From Antedon mediterranea (taxonomy: Eukaryota > Animalia > Echinodermata): a stretch of DNA of 64,000 nt. Shown here one piece after another: positions 24,701 to 39,700 of this stretch (positions are counted from its first letter, which is position 1; each line of letters begins with the position of its first letter). The notes under the pieces are model-generated. The model had not been told where the DNA came from. It ran no database searches and saw only the letters and a program-made list of their open reading frames with translations. The stretch spans positions 16,058,001 through 16,122,000 of the forward strand of contig NC_092671.1 in the NCBI RefSeq assembly GCF_964355755.1, written 5' to 3'. The position numbers were made by a program, and so were the translations under genes.

Positions 24701-27700
24701 TTCCCGAATGATCGTAAAATCAAAACGGTACTTGGTATGACCAACTAGCGTTCTTGTCACCAACTAGTCATCCATTCATAGATAATAAGTGTGTGTTGTG
24801 ATATAGATTACTAGAATGACAAACAAACAAGAACAATACAAATACTACATATATATTTTTTAAATTTCCTTACCGACTTCTTTGTACGTATTAAATCAAG
24901 GTTTGGCAAAGACGGTGGACGGACCTCTGTTTTTTTATTGATGCCACTGTAGCAATACGTAGAGATTAGTTAAAGATTAATAACAATAAGATTAAATAAG
25001 ATTATATTAGAATAACTGCTTATAATAAATATTACTATTTGATCAAGGCAATCAAACAACAGGAGACTGAGCTCGCCTTGCCAAGATAGGAACTCATAAC
25101 AGTCCTTTGATATTATGTCTGGCTGCAACAAATACCAACTGTTAGGGGTGTGGATCTGATCGTGTAGCCGCCACAGATAAACCTTTTGCCTTGATTTAAG
25201 TAACTGATTAAGTACTTCAATTTAGATAGTATCTAATTAAATGACAGATCATCCACTGGGAATTACACAAATGACAGATAATTATTGAATAAAAATAAAG
25301 GATATTTTGAATTTCCTCTGGTTCCAAGACGTCGTACCTTGATGTTGGGAAAAACCTGTTTAACATGTTTTCCAAAGTCTGCAGCACTTAGAATTTGATA
25401 GTTGGACATTTCACAGAAGTTCCTGAAAGAAGACAACAAAAGTTGATAGATATAAGTATAAATGAATATACTGTATCCACACAATACTGACATAGCCTAA
25501 CCAAAATCTGTTATATAAATCCAACCATGACCCTACTCTATATCATCGTTAATTAGATAGTATTATTAATAGTCATATTTTTTTCTCAATTAGTTTTCCC
25601 TTTTATATAAAATTATTTTAATGTTGAGATAGAGATAAAATATAGAAGACTAGAATTATAAAAATTTGACTTATGTAATGTACAGTACTACTACCAGCTA
25701 ATATATTGATATTACCACTAATGAAAATTGATTACCCAAGTAATAGTATTTTTACAATAAAACATTATTAAACGCAATACATACATAAATAATGTAATCT
25801 AAAGAAAAGGAAGGAAGTCTACCTACTGTACATGCAAATTTATGTATGAGCTGTTTTCATTTTGTTTGTAATAAACCAACTATGTTGGTGAATAAAATTA
25901 TATTATTATACTGTAGGTAATAATTATTAGTGGAATATAGAATTAATAAAGTTCAATGTGCAATACAGTCAACTCTCCCAATACCAGACACTAACCTAAT
26001 ATGTCTGGTTTTCCGCAAATCTGGTATTTGGAATGTGTTTGTACATAATGGTAAAAAAGAATTTGACACCTTTTGGACCTCAAGAAAAGTCTGTTTTGGG
26101 AGAGTTTCAGGTTTCTAGAGAGTACGATATTGAGAGATTCGAGTGTATAGCGCAAATGCTTGGCGCCTATAAGCGCTGACCAATTAACAGAAAAAAAAAT
26201 AGAATAAAGAATAAAATACTGTTTAATGTTCATAAACAGATTTATATTGCTTACGTAATTGGTCTGGAGATTTTATATTCTATTTTATTCATGCTAAAAT
26301 TATGTCTATAATATATTTTCAGAATGTTCACTTGAAGTCCCATTCCCTACGTATTTTAGATCTAATTTAAAGACCCCTTCACTGCAATTTTGGACGTTTT
26401 TTTGGAAAATAATACATATATATCACTTTAAAAACATTAAACCATGTAATTCCTTGTCTTAAATGTACATTTTATGGTAAATTATGATAAAAAGTGAGAA
26501 ACAATGCACTACCCAAGTAGCTCGTGGCGATCGACCTCTCGTGGACGGTCTTAGACCTAGCCTAGCTAGGCTTAGTTTTGTAGGCCTAGCTGGTAAACAT
26601 CGGTAACGTACGAACATCATACGCTAGCTATATACCTAGCCTGACGTTGTATAGTTGCTGCATTAATTGTCTTTCTATTTTTGCCAGACTCCGTTGATAC
26701 AAATTGGGGAAAACCCGGTATTTTCGCTGAAAAGTTAGGAGTCTTCCATTTGTTTTGGCCTCACGATCGATCGAAAAGTGGGCGAATTACAGGTGAAAAA
26801 CAAACATATCAATCCGCGCGCAATGCATTTTGGGATTTATAGCGGGCCGCTATAATTATTAGAATCGACTTATTTTTCACATTTTTAACCGTTTAAAGAC
26901 GAAAAAAGTTATCGCAATAGGACTATATAGTATTATTTTTACATTAAATATAGTTTGTGATCTTAAATTAGATCTAAAAAACGTAGGGAAGGGGGCTTTA
27001 AGGTCACAAACTACATTTAATGTAAAAATAAATACTATATGGTCCTATTGAGATAACTTTTTTCGTCTTTGAATGGTTAAAAAATGTGAAAAATAAGGTG
27101 ATTCTAATCATTTTACTGGCCAGTTATAAATCCCATGCATTGCGCGCGGAATGATATTTCGATCGAACGTAAGGCGAAAACAAATAGAAGACTCCTAACT
27201 TTTCAGCGAAAATACTAGGTTTCCCCCAATTTGTATCAACAGAGTCTGGCAAAAACAGAAATATAATTAATGCAGCAACTATATGGTAGGCCTATAGCTA
27301 GCGTACATTATTTGTATGTTACCCATCTCTACCAGCTACAGTAGGCCTACAAAATTAAGCCTAGCTAAGCTACAGTAGGCCTAAAGACGGCCAACGAGAG
27401 GACATTCACTGCGAGCTACTTAGGTAGTGCATTGTTTCTCTCTTTTTATTATAATTTACCATAAAACGTACATTTAAGACAAGGAAAGACCTGGTTTAAT
27501 GTTTTTAAAGTAATATAATATATATGCATTTTTTTGCAAAAACGTCACAAATTTTAGGGAATGGATCTTGAACAAATGAAATAAACTATGGAAATAGGAT
27601 AATGAATCTACAGTACAGTATTGTATACCGTTTGAACTTTAAAGTAATCTGTTAATTTATAAAAACAAAAGAAATTTAAACAAATATAGGAAAAAAAGTC

Positions 27701-30700
27701 CTAAAGAAACTGAAAGTAGTCTAGAACTAGTCAGCAGGAACATATCAAATATAAAGGATGTTGAAATTGAATTGTCAAATTATTAGATCAGACACTTGAA
27801 GTATGTGGCTTATGTTCTTAATTTGAAAAGTATTCTGCATGATTGTAGTAAACTGAACATTTAACGCAATCAATTAACTTTAATCAGCACAAATACACTT
27901 CAGCACAAATACACTGTATCCAATACAGTGTTCTCTCGAAGCAGGTTTTGTCAGCAAGATTTGCCGGTTTAAATTTGCTCCAACCGGTATTAAAAATGTT
28001 GTAAGAAAATCATACATTCCATAAACGCATCTATTTGTATTAGTCACAGATTAGGCCTAGCCATTAAAAAAAACCAACCGAAGGCTACAGTATATTTTGT
28101 CAATTGGATAGGGAAAGTACATTATTTGACTTCTTTGTATTTAGTACAGTAGTATCATTATCAATAATTCGGTATTTCGCTTAATTTGCCAGACTTGATT
28201 TGATGGTGGGAGAACACTGCAGTAATATACTAGCTAAGGCCTAGATTTCCGCAGTACAGATAAGTGTGATTGTAATTTTTTTTTGGTTTAGCGTGTAAAT
28301 TAAAATTTTTTGTGTCTGTATTCTAAAAAAAAAAAATATAATCTGGAAAAATTAAAATGGTATTCAACGATACAATCGGGAACTTCTTTTTTGTTTTACG
28401 TGGGTTCATTCCACTTTTATTTCCATACAGTACATTTCTCTTAACATACAGTATGTTATGAACTTGGGCATTTGGTCTTAACATCTACTGTAGCATTCAA
28501 ATATTTATTATGATTATCACATGGCAAAAATTCATACACAGCCACATGGCAATAACCAATAATCATTATTAAATTATAATCACGGAAAAAGATGTGACAA
28601 TTACAAAAGCGATCCATAATAAAAAAGTGTGTTAATCTGATGAGCTCTGATTATGTAACTGTGAACACTATCACCTATTGTTCTTTGTACAAATATATCA
28701 AACGGTACGCCTATTATGTCAATAGATTTGTCCGCTTATACAAAACAGTAATACATATTACAGTATGATTGTGTTGTTGTTCTACTTGTATTATTAAATC
28801 ATTTATTTCTTGATATCTTGACTATACAATTATGAATGACAGATACACTATCAGTTACATTAAAATAAACAATATATACATAATTTACATTTATTGGCAA
28901 ACCTCTGAATTTTTCAAGGTATGATTACTTTACAATACAAGGCATGATATTAACATACAGCAATTTGTGTTGTGATAATCTTAATTAATGTGACCTTCAC
29001 ATTCATACCCCATGAATTAATTGCAGTGTCAATTAGTCTAATTAATTAACAAGGTTTATTAAAGGCTTCACTTTTGCACTTTCCCAATATATTATGACCT
29101 GTCAAATTATGTATTAAAAATTGCATATCGTAGTGGTAATGCAGTATGTTGTGAACACATGTAGAGTTCTTTATTGCATGTGATTTGGTATGGAAGATGC
29201 GAAAACCTATTAAAATTCTCGAATTATAGGCCTACTACTGTCAAATGTTCAGTACATGCCTAGGATATATGTCTGGTACCTAAATGTAAATATCATGCTT
29301 AATATCTGTTGTCACAAGGTAGACAAGGCAAGCCGAGGCAGACAATTAATAAAATCCAGGCGAAAGAAAAAGATTAAAAACAATATACAGTACTTGTAAA
29401 ATGACGAGTAGATTTTGAAACAAAATGAAAGATCCTTATTTTCCTTCTTTTTTTTGGAAGAGGCGGAGGGATAGGGAGGAGAAGAGGGGGTTTTCATGCC
29501 ACAACAACCATTATCTGGATCTCAGCTTCAAATATAGTTTTATTGAATTTGACTACATTGATTATTTTTTTATTCAAGATACAGTAATAAAAATATATCC
29601 ATTTCCTTATTAAAATTATATATCAAAATGCCGTTAAATTGCCATGGAGACCTGTAATTCAAGGTCAACAAAGCTATTTATAGATTTCCAATTTGTGGTG
29701 GATCAGTTGGCAATAAAATTTTATAATACAATTTAGTAATTTTAAAAAATATATTGCTGTACCATATATCAACTGAAAATTTGAAGACTTTGATTGTATC
29801 TTTAGATCAATCTAGTAGTATACAGTAGTAAATGAAGATAGTTTGCATTGGTATCAAGTTCGACGAAGAAGTTTACACAGCAAACGTGTAATTAAAAACA
29901 TTTTGGAAATAAAAAGATATCATCCATCTTTGTCGTCATGGATGTTACTCAGTCCTTCGTTTAAAAGTAAAAAGTTTAGCTTTTCTGTTCGCAGCGTATC
30001 AAAATTATTTTAAATTCCGTCGTAAAGTCTCCACGTAACAAAAAGGAATGATGGTTCCCACATGATGGCATGATTTTGGACTAGTCCATTATGGTCCAGG
30101 AGTGTTCTTTTTGTATCTAAGCCCTCCCTTTGGAGAGCACGGGCTATTGTCGGTTTATCCAGGTAAGCTAGGCACAAAATAGACTGCAACATTTTCAGGA
30201 TAGCAATTACTGGCAAAGTTTTCGATTGAATGCAGACAGGGGAATCCCCTTTCTTGGTGCCTCTGAGATTTAAGGAGGATGATTAGTTGCTCTCCTTGAA
30301 GGTGTTAAGGAGCTTGCTAAGAACTGGTTATAGAAATGATAGCGATGATCAATTTGTAATAGGCACACATCAAAGTTTAGTTCCTTTTTATATGTGAAAT
30401 TAGTGTAATGTTTCGCCAATGTTAAAAAAACAGCAAAAAAATTATTGTGAATGATTATGATTTCAAGGACACAATGCTATTTTAGTAGTGTACAAACATA
30501 TTGTACTTGGCAGAGGATATTTGCCAAGATAGCCAAGGATGTTGGTAAAGCTCAGGAAATATTAACTGGAAGTTGAACTACAGTATAAAAAAAGCAACAT
30601 TTACTGTAAATAACATAATTATCAGTTTTAAACCACAGATATATTGTTTATAACAAGGTGATGATGACGACAATGATGATGAAGACAATGATGATGAAGA

Positions 30701-33700
30701 CAATGATGATAATGATGACAACAATATGACAATGATGATGACGACAATGATGAAGATGACAATGATGATGGCGATGACGACAATGATGATGATGACGACA
30801 ATGATAATGAAGATATCATTAGCACGATTCAGAAATACCAAAAATCGAAATTAACACAACACTAATAACCACTAAAACTCATATCATGGATGCACTCTGT
30901 TTGACTACGACAAGTTTGTAAAATTAAATATTGTTTCAAATTTAATTAGGTTAATAAAATCTTTTTTTAAAAAAACAAGATAAGCAGAAAGTATCATTTT
31001 TTTCTTGAATATTTAGGTAAAAAAATATAAATGTATTTGTCACATGAACATTCTATTTAGTTTTTCAGTCAAATTATCTCGCATACAATTTGGTTTCAAG
31101 CCAAGACTTAGCAAAACACTACGAGGGTGACTCATCATGTATTATTTACGTCATCTTGCTCCTGTTTGATTATAATAATTTTAAAGTAGTTAAAAATAAA
31201 ACTAGTATCAAGAAGGATTTTACTGGGTACCTAAATATATTTTAAGGCCCTATTATTAAATATCTATCTAATACTGAACATTTTTAAACCTCACAATACT
31301 GTTGTAGTCTGTGGCCGCATACTGTTGAATGGGGCCACAAGTTTAGAACTAACAGGACTAGTGGATAACTACAGTAGTTAAAAATTTCTTTAAACCACTT
31401 TCTCGCAAAAAAACCCATATAAGAAATTAGAAATTTTCATGTTCTACAAAAATAAAAACCATTAACAAACAATAGTCCTGTTATTGTCGATAGTTACCTA
31501 TAATCATCATAAATGTCTTGTTTTGATAGTGAAGTTTCAACACTTTCCTCAAGGTGGGTGCGTATCCAGTTTAAACCACGCCAATGTGTAGGGCGTGACG
31601 ACAACACTTGACTTGAACTGCAAGAATAAAAGAATGATATTATAAAATAAATGTGCAGGAAAAATACATTTTTACTGGTCATCCACTCCTTTTACTGGTC
31701 CCAGAATATGGGCCTAGATATAATAGGAAGGCCTTTCATTTATAAAATACTGTTTGTACATGAACATTAACTTGAAAAAAAAAAACAAACCTAAAAAATG
31801 AGGTACAGAAAATCGATCTTGTTTACCTTAGTATAGGTGTGAAATATTTTGTAAGGAAATCATGTCAACGTGAATTGAGTAAAATTATTGATATTTTGTC
31901 GGTTTTACTGAAATTTTAACTGTCCAAGCAGACTTGTTATTTGACTACTTAACTGGTCCGCTACATATTTAACTGGCGATTGGTATGCGGACCAGTGTTA
32001 TTACGCTGCTAATGCTTGGTTCGCACTAGAGACGCAACACAAGGACGTAACGCAATGTAAGTGAGTTAACCAATCACAAGCGGTGGATTATTCAAACTGT
32101 TGCTTGTCATTGGCCAACATGCTTGCATTGCATCTAGTGGGAACCTTATTTAAGTCATAAAACAAAGTTTGTATTCCTTTTACAAATTGCTGGATGCCAA
32201 TACAGTAAACTGATTCTACTTACGATTTGTCTTTATTTGGTTTTGTGCATAGAGAAGATCCTGTAGGTAGTTTGAGGTAGAGTAGTAACTTCTCTAAGTC
32301 ATTGAACTTGCGAGTACTTGCCTATGTAAAGAAACAAACATAATGCTTAATTGTATTACAATTAATTTACAAATAAAATATTGATCCTTCCTTAACCATG
32401 AATTGAATAGCCTGCTGCTAACTGTGAAGAGGACTGGTTAAATAATGCATCCATATAAAAATATTTAGTTGTTTATTACAAATTATACCAACATGGTTAA
32501 AGGAAAGACAGAATCATTAATAAAAGTGTCAAGTGAAAATAAACTATTAAATTATTTCAATATATTTAAAAATAAAATAAGATTGTAATTTCGGTGAAGA
32601 GGAGGAAATACATATAATGAAATAAAAGGAGATGGGACCAAAAAAGGAGGAGGAAATTAGCATTGGGTCCACATGTGTACTCCAGGTACAGGTACGAATA
32701 GCAGTACTATACTATAGAGTAAATTAACCATAGAATAAAATGTGTGTATAAAATTTAACATGTAGTCTATACTATTATGAAAATCAAATCACCACAATAT
32801 GCACATATTGTACATAACGTACAATATAATATACAGTATTTATATTATAATTATAATATAATATCGATTATATATGAATATGATCATAATCACCAGCTTA
32901 ACACATAAGACCAATTTAACAGTAAGCTTGTACAGTTAAAAACAATGATTAACAGAGATACACTCTATTGTATTGATTAAGCTGGGTCAAAGTTTGCATT
33001 TGTAGCGGGTTCATTGTTTAAAGTTAATCACTATTAATAAAGATGAAATAAAAATAACATACAATATAATATGTAATGTTGGTCCTAATTAAAATAAATT
33101 GATTTTCTACAACAAAGCATATTATTTAATTACAAATATGCATAATAAAAACAGTCCGGATCTGAATTATTTCTTGAAAATTTGGAGAGAACATTTTCAT
33201 ATTCACTTAAATATTTTGCTGGATGCAGTTTAAAATAATATTGTGATCATTTTAATATCGTAGTTTTAATAGTTTCAAATATTATTTGTTTTGTATTTTA
33301 TTTACTGCGCCTATGAACAATTTGATTGGATCTATATGGTGCATTATAATGCTTTTATTATTAATGTACATTACTATTTATTTTATGTATTTTCTATATT
33401 GCATTAATATGCAAATGTTCATGAATACATGGAAATAGTGTTTCCAATGAGAATGAATTTATTTATTTTTAATCAATGCATAAATACAACATGAAAAAAC
33501 CCCATTATAACATGTTAAAGGAACACATTGTGTTGTAGGTTTTATGATAGAATATTATGATAGTACTTGTTGTTGCCAACAACAAACCATGCGTTTCCAA
33601 CTCTTATCCATGTCATTTATTGTCAAATGTCTTTATGGCATATATACTGTGGATATTTTAAACCATATTTCAATCAACCCTCGTCACGGTGATCATCTCA

Positions 33701-36700
33701 TATTTGTACACCCTTTCGACCGGACAAATTCTTTAAAATACTCAATTTTCCACATATTTCCTCGTGCTGAACTACCGGTAGAAATAAGGGATTCATTAAT
33801 TTTAAATACAGGTATTAAGAATTTTATAAATAAGCTTAAAATATATTTTAAGTAAGATTTTGCTATGTATTGACGATTTTTAATAATATTGTAATATATT
33901 TTAATTTATTTTGATATAGTTATATATATGCATTTTCAATGTTTTTACACATTTTATTCTAAATGTTTTTTATACAATCAGTGCAATAGGAGACCTACTA
34001 GATAGTGATTAAGTTTGCTTTTTAGGAATCCTGTCTCTGCCTGGTTTTGTGTGATGTTTTCTTGTTCATGTCCATGTTTTTTTATATTGTATTTTTATGA
34101 GACAAAATAAATGAAATGAAATGCCACGAATGTAGAAAAACAAAGTAAGTGTTAAATGTGTAATCATACAGAAAAACAAAAAGACCCTATAGCTACTGGT
34201 AGTACAGTACAGTAGTTTGGCCCAAATTATTTTGCCCAAGGCCTAGGATGTAAATTGAAAACAAAACCCTGAGTGCCTGATTGGCCGTGTCATCTTACCA
34301 TCTATTGATTCTATTGTAGACTTTAAAGGTTCAAATAAAGTGCAAATCATAACAAAAGGTCCAAAACATTCAATTGTTGTTAGAGTATTTATTATGAGAA
34401 TTTTATGAGAATTCAATTCTGCAAAAAGCCTATTGTGAAATATTGATGTTTTTCACATTGAATAAATTAGCCATTTGCTAGGAAATACTGAACTCAGTTT
34501 TACCTTCAAAATATATTGTTATATAATAATAATAATAATCATAATGTTAATCTGAGTGTGTAGAATAAAGTATTTTGAAATCCTTATGTATGTAAACAAG
34601 TTTGTACTAAATTTACCCATATCATGTTTATTAATCATAAATAGTACAGGAAAGATATGCTCAGAATCAGTAAAAGGTTGAAAAAATTGCAACAGAATTT
34701 TTTTCACCACAATGCATTTCTATAAGGTCCCTATATGAACATACTAAAAGTCTAGAAATATCCAGGTAGTGGAAATAGGTTTTTTTAAACAAAATGGCCG
34801 CCAATGGCGAAAAATGTCTAAAAATGAACAAAAAACATATATTTTATATCTAATTACCACTTGATAGCAGTTTTTATAATGCTTTTTATATTTCTTTAGT
34901 GTCAAACATTTAAACTGCAATATACATATTAATTTAAATGCTATTTAGCAACAAAAACACACATTTAAGTATCAAGATATCACCACGGTTATAATAATAG
35001 ACAACGTAGTCCTATGCATTATAATGCAGGACTACGGTGTCTAATAAAACAGTTTATTTACATTTGTACTGTCACAACAATAGAATTATACAATCTTAGA
35101 ATCTATTAATCCATTCATTTTCATTGTCCAGTTATCATCCTCTGTCTATAGGTAGGAATTAAGCATGTGCTGATGCCGTGGTATTCGTCACAAACAGTGG
35201 TACTGGTGGTAAATTTGTCATCAATGGACACATCACGCCATTTGTAACTTTCCATCCCCCAGTCTGTGGGTTGAAGAGTACTTTCTATCCACTGCTGTAC
35301 CATGGTAATATACACGCAGGGAATGACATTTTGCAGCATTTGTTGTAGGGGGAATAGACTTTATTTCAAGTGCTGTTTTGCTTTTTGCTACTTTCTCCCA
35401 GAACGTATTCCTCCTCCATACAGTATAGCTACCAATGCCAATTCCTCTGATGCGATGGGTTCTTTTTTTTTTTGGAGACGTTTGGTTTTACAGAGTTTGT
35501 AAGCATACTACTACCCAGGTGTTAAGACTTTTTAAGACCTTTTCCTATACCAAATAGATGGGATGTAGTATCATATCCCTGGATTCCATGTATAAAAAGC
35601 AAACTAATTTTTACAGAGCTTCACACCAAGGACAGACTTTACATGCATTCACAGTGCTCCCCCATCGAGAACATACAGTATTAAATCAATGAATGAAGCA
35701 ACCGTGACAGAATATAAATTTAAGAGGAAAGAACACATGGGTCAAACCAACCATATTCATCAATAAAGAAGCAGTGCACATTCCCTCACATATACTATTT
35801 CATCATCTATGTGAGACAGTCATACACAATGCATCATTTGGTCAAAAAAAAAATCTTATACTTTTCCTGCAGCCCTCTTTTACTCCATTGACTCCATACA
35901 CACTGCTAGACTACTCAGAAACCTTCATCTCACTGCCCACTGTTTGCTACATCAAACCTCTTGGCCCGAAACAGCAACATTTCAAGACACTTATTATGTA
36001 CCATGTATGTTTGTTACGTTATGTGAAGGCAAAGTAAACTATTGTGTTTAATGGCTATAATTATGGGCCGTAAGTAAATTTGGTTTAGGAAAAGGTGTTG
36101 GTCTTAAAAATCATCACATCACAGTAGGAGTTGTATGTCAAATTCTGTAAACCAAACAGTTTCCAAAAAAAAAAGAAAACATTGCATCAGGAATTTGGCA
36201 TTGGTACCTATATATTATGGAGGGAAGTCAATGGAGACTTTAGACAGCCTCTTTTCTTTGAGAAAGTTGCAAAAAGCAAATCTATTCCCTTGCTGCAAAA
36301 TTTCATTTCGTGAGTCTTTATTACCAGGTATAGCAGTGGATAGGAAATACTCTTCAACCCACAGACTAGGGATGGAAAGTATTGATGACAAATTGACTAC
36401 CAGCACCAGAGAAACTATTAAAGTTGATTAGATGTACCTATAAATAAGGTTGTAGTAAAATGAATTGCCGTTGCAGAAAATATGGTTTGGATTGCTGCTC
36501 CACTATTTTTTAAGAATGCCACGGCATCAGCACATGCTCAATTCCCCACCAATAGATGGAGGATGAGATACTGACAAGATGAAAGTGAAATTACCGCATT
36601 TATTTGAATAAATGCCCTTGGTGGTTGATTTTTAAGGAGGGTAGTGGGGGCGTGTAATCGTCGTGAGGAGTTTATTCGGAGAGGCGTATATTTTTGTGGG

Positions 36701-39700
36701 TGTAATGTGGGAAACGTGTATAATCAAATAAATACACCCTTTAGATATGAACAAATACAACACCATTCAGTGAATTCTATTACAAATAGAGATGTGTTAA
36801 AATACAATATTGTGTATAATATGCATGTGGCGGGGCGTACATTCGAGGAAATAAATTCAAAATGATGTCCGATGGGAGCGGGGGAGGGGGTGCGGTGGCG
36901 TAGGTTATTCAAAATGATGTCCTATGGAGGGGGAGGGGGGAATTTATTCGATTTTTCTAAATGTAGCGTTTATCCGAATAAATACGGTAATAGATTGTGG
37001 CGCAAGGATTTTCCCGATGGGGGGGGGGAGGGGTGGAGAGCGCAGCCAGCATCAATTGGCTGGCCAATCAATGGGAGCGCACCCAGAGGTTCCGATAATA
37101 TTATACCGGTAAAGGTTAGTTTTACTCACTTTTAAAAATGAAAATCCTTGAAACAGCACTCAATGGGGTATTGTTTTATATTAGGAAATATCATCATATT
37201 GTCTACATAAAAAATAGCCAATTGTGGAGAGGGGATGGGGGGACGGACAGACTCCCTCACCCTTCCCATTTGATCTCCCATCCCTATACCCCTCCCCACT
37301 GGCACCACCAATGTTGTAATATATTGTTATAACAGTACAAATGTGAATGAACTGATTTATTAATAGACACCGTAATCCTATGTATTAAGCATAGGAAGGA
37401 CTGCGTTTTATATATTATTATAACAATAGGGATATATCTAGATACTTAAACATTTGTTTTTCGGCCATTTTCTAATTAACAGCACTTAAAATAATGTGTT
37501 TATTGTAGGTCAGATCTTCGAAATTGTAAAGAAATATATAAACCATTGTAAAAACTGTTATAAAGTGGTAATTAGATCTATCATTTATGTTTTTTTGTCC
37601 TTTTTTAGGAATTTTCGCCATTGGCGGCCATTTTGTTTAAAAAAACCTATTTCCCCTACTTGGATTTTTCTAGACTTTTAGTATGTTCATATAGGGACCT
37701 TATAGAAATGCACTGTGGTGAAATAAATTCTGTTGCAATTTTTTCAACCATATTTCATAGTTTTCCTGTACTAAAATTATTATTGCTAATGTTATTAATT
37801 ATAGTCAATCAATTAGGCGTTTCCATTTAATAGCAATACAGTATGTGGATACTACTGTATGGTTTAACCACCCATGAACTACTGTACTTTCTCACAGGAT
37901 TGTGTATAGTAGTAGCAGATTACAACTCTTTGACCCACTGTTCATTGGCTGTAATCTTGAATCTTGAATTTTGATTTTAATAAAGAATACACTATGGTTA
38001 TTTCAGGAATCAGCCAAGTCTGATATTTTTCCTACTCTGATGTAAAAATTAAACACTCCATCAAAGACCTCTAGAACCCTAGGCTGGCGTTTATACTAGA
38101 CTACTAAGCTTCATGTCATCTTCCGCTTTGCCACTAAAATATACTTTTAGATAAACATAAAAAAATATCCTGATAATGGCGGTAGTCTCCCGATATTTTG
38201 TGTCATTTCCGGCAATATTCACTAGATGCTAATATCTTTTTGTTTTTGAATAGTGGCCTAATTAGTTTGAGGTAATTTCAAAATATTATAGCGCCCTCTA
38301 TATTTTGGAAATGCTTTAAAAAATCCTCTCGATTTCGAGGTTGGGAGGTCTGTACATTGAGAACACTTTGAGACAAAAATTGCAAGCAATTGTTGAGTGG
38401 AACAAGAAAACACACACACAAATAACATTATAATTACTACATATAGTACAGGTACATCATGGCTGTTGATTCCGAATTTTAAATAGGACGTCACTGAACA
38501 TTACACACTAGTGTAATATTGTCCATAGGTGCACAGTATCAGTACATTTGACAGTATAACATATTAGTATAACGCATACAACAATTGTCCTTTTGACGTA
38601 CTACTGTGTCAGTATTGATGAGTATTATGTATGAATTACTAGATTAGATTTCATTTTAACAAAAAGATTTATGCATAACACTACCTGACTGCTATGCATG
38701 TGTAAACATACACTTAACCTGTTCAACTAGAAATAATGTGAACACATGCTAAAAATACACATTATCCTTTCAATTTGACCTTTTAATTATGTTTAGAATA
38801 TTCATGTACTTTTTCACTGTAACTAATTAAACTAACAGAACAGTCAGTACTTTATTTTATTCAATGTATGTACTTAGCATTCAAGAAATTCAGAATACAC
38901 TCTTTAAAATAATGTAATTTTCACTAGAAATGGTGAACCACAATTATTTAATGACATAATAAATTACAAAGGTACCAACAATGCCAATGACGATTTAAAA
39001 AAGATTACTGTTGATTTTGTTTACTGTAATATCAAAAACTTTCCCAAAACAGTACTGTATTGGAATGATGTCAATTATTGCATACAAAATGATCCATGAG
39101 GTATTTATTACTGTAGTCAAAAATTTAATTTCGCCTTTCTTTTAAACTTACTGTACTGTACATTCATTCATACAGGACTAAGAAGTCATTACACTATAGA
39201 GCTGTTGAGTAGAAAAGTCATTCTGTTCACGTTTTAAAACATTATGATCATGCTAATGATCATGCAATAACTTCTGTCGACGATCACCCACTGATTTAAA
39301 CAGTTATTTAGGAGAAATGCAGTCGATATAACAAATTATATTTTAAATAGTTTATTTAGCACTATTTAGCAGAAACAGAACACGTAACTAAGAATATATA
39401 ACCACACCTCAAGCTTAAAGTCTAACAATCCACACCTAAGGTCATTCTTGTGGTTTTGTGTATTATTCGTTTTAAAGTACTATACTGTAAATAATAATTT
39501 TGAGAAATGTGAAAAAATCATCTTACTTTTTATTTCCAGTATTACACATCTTAATTATAGCAATTAGAAAACCCATTACAAACCCATTGAAGTACTTGCA
39601 TTGAAGTAAAGTAAAATCTTAAGAATTGTTTGAGTAGAAAAGCATTGATTATTCTATACTGTATATTAGTTTAAAGGTCAAACATTGAATTAAATTACTG

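Noticed and set aside
30578-30841. Poly-Ile and poly-Ser ORFs
   Set aside because: They are translations of a trinucleotide microsatellite.
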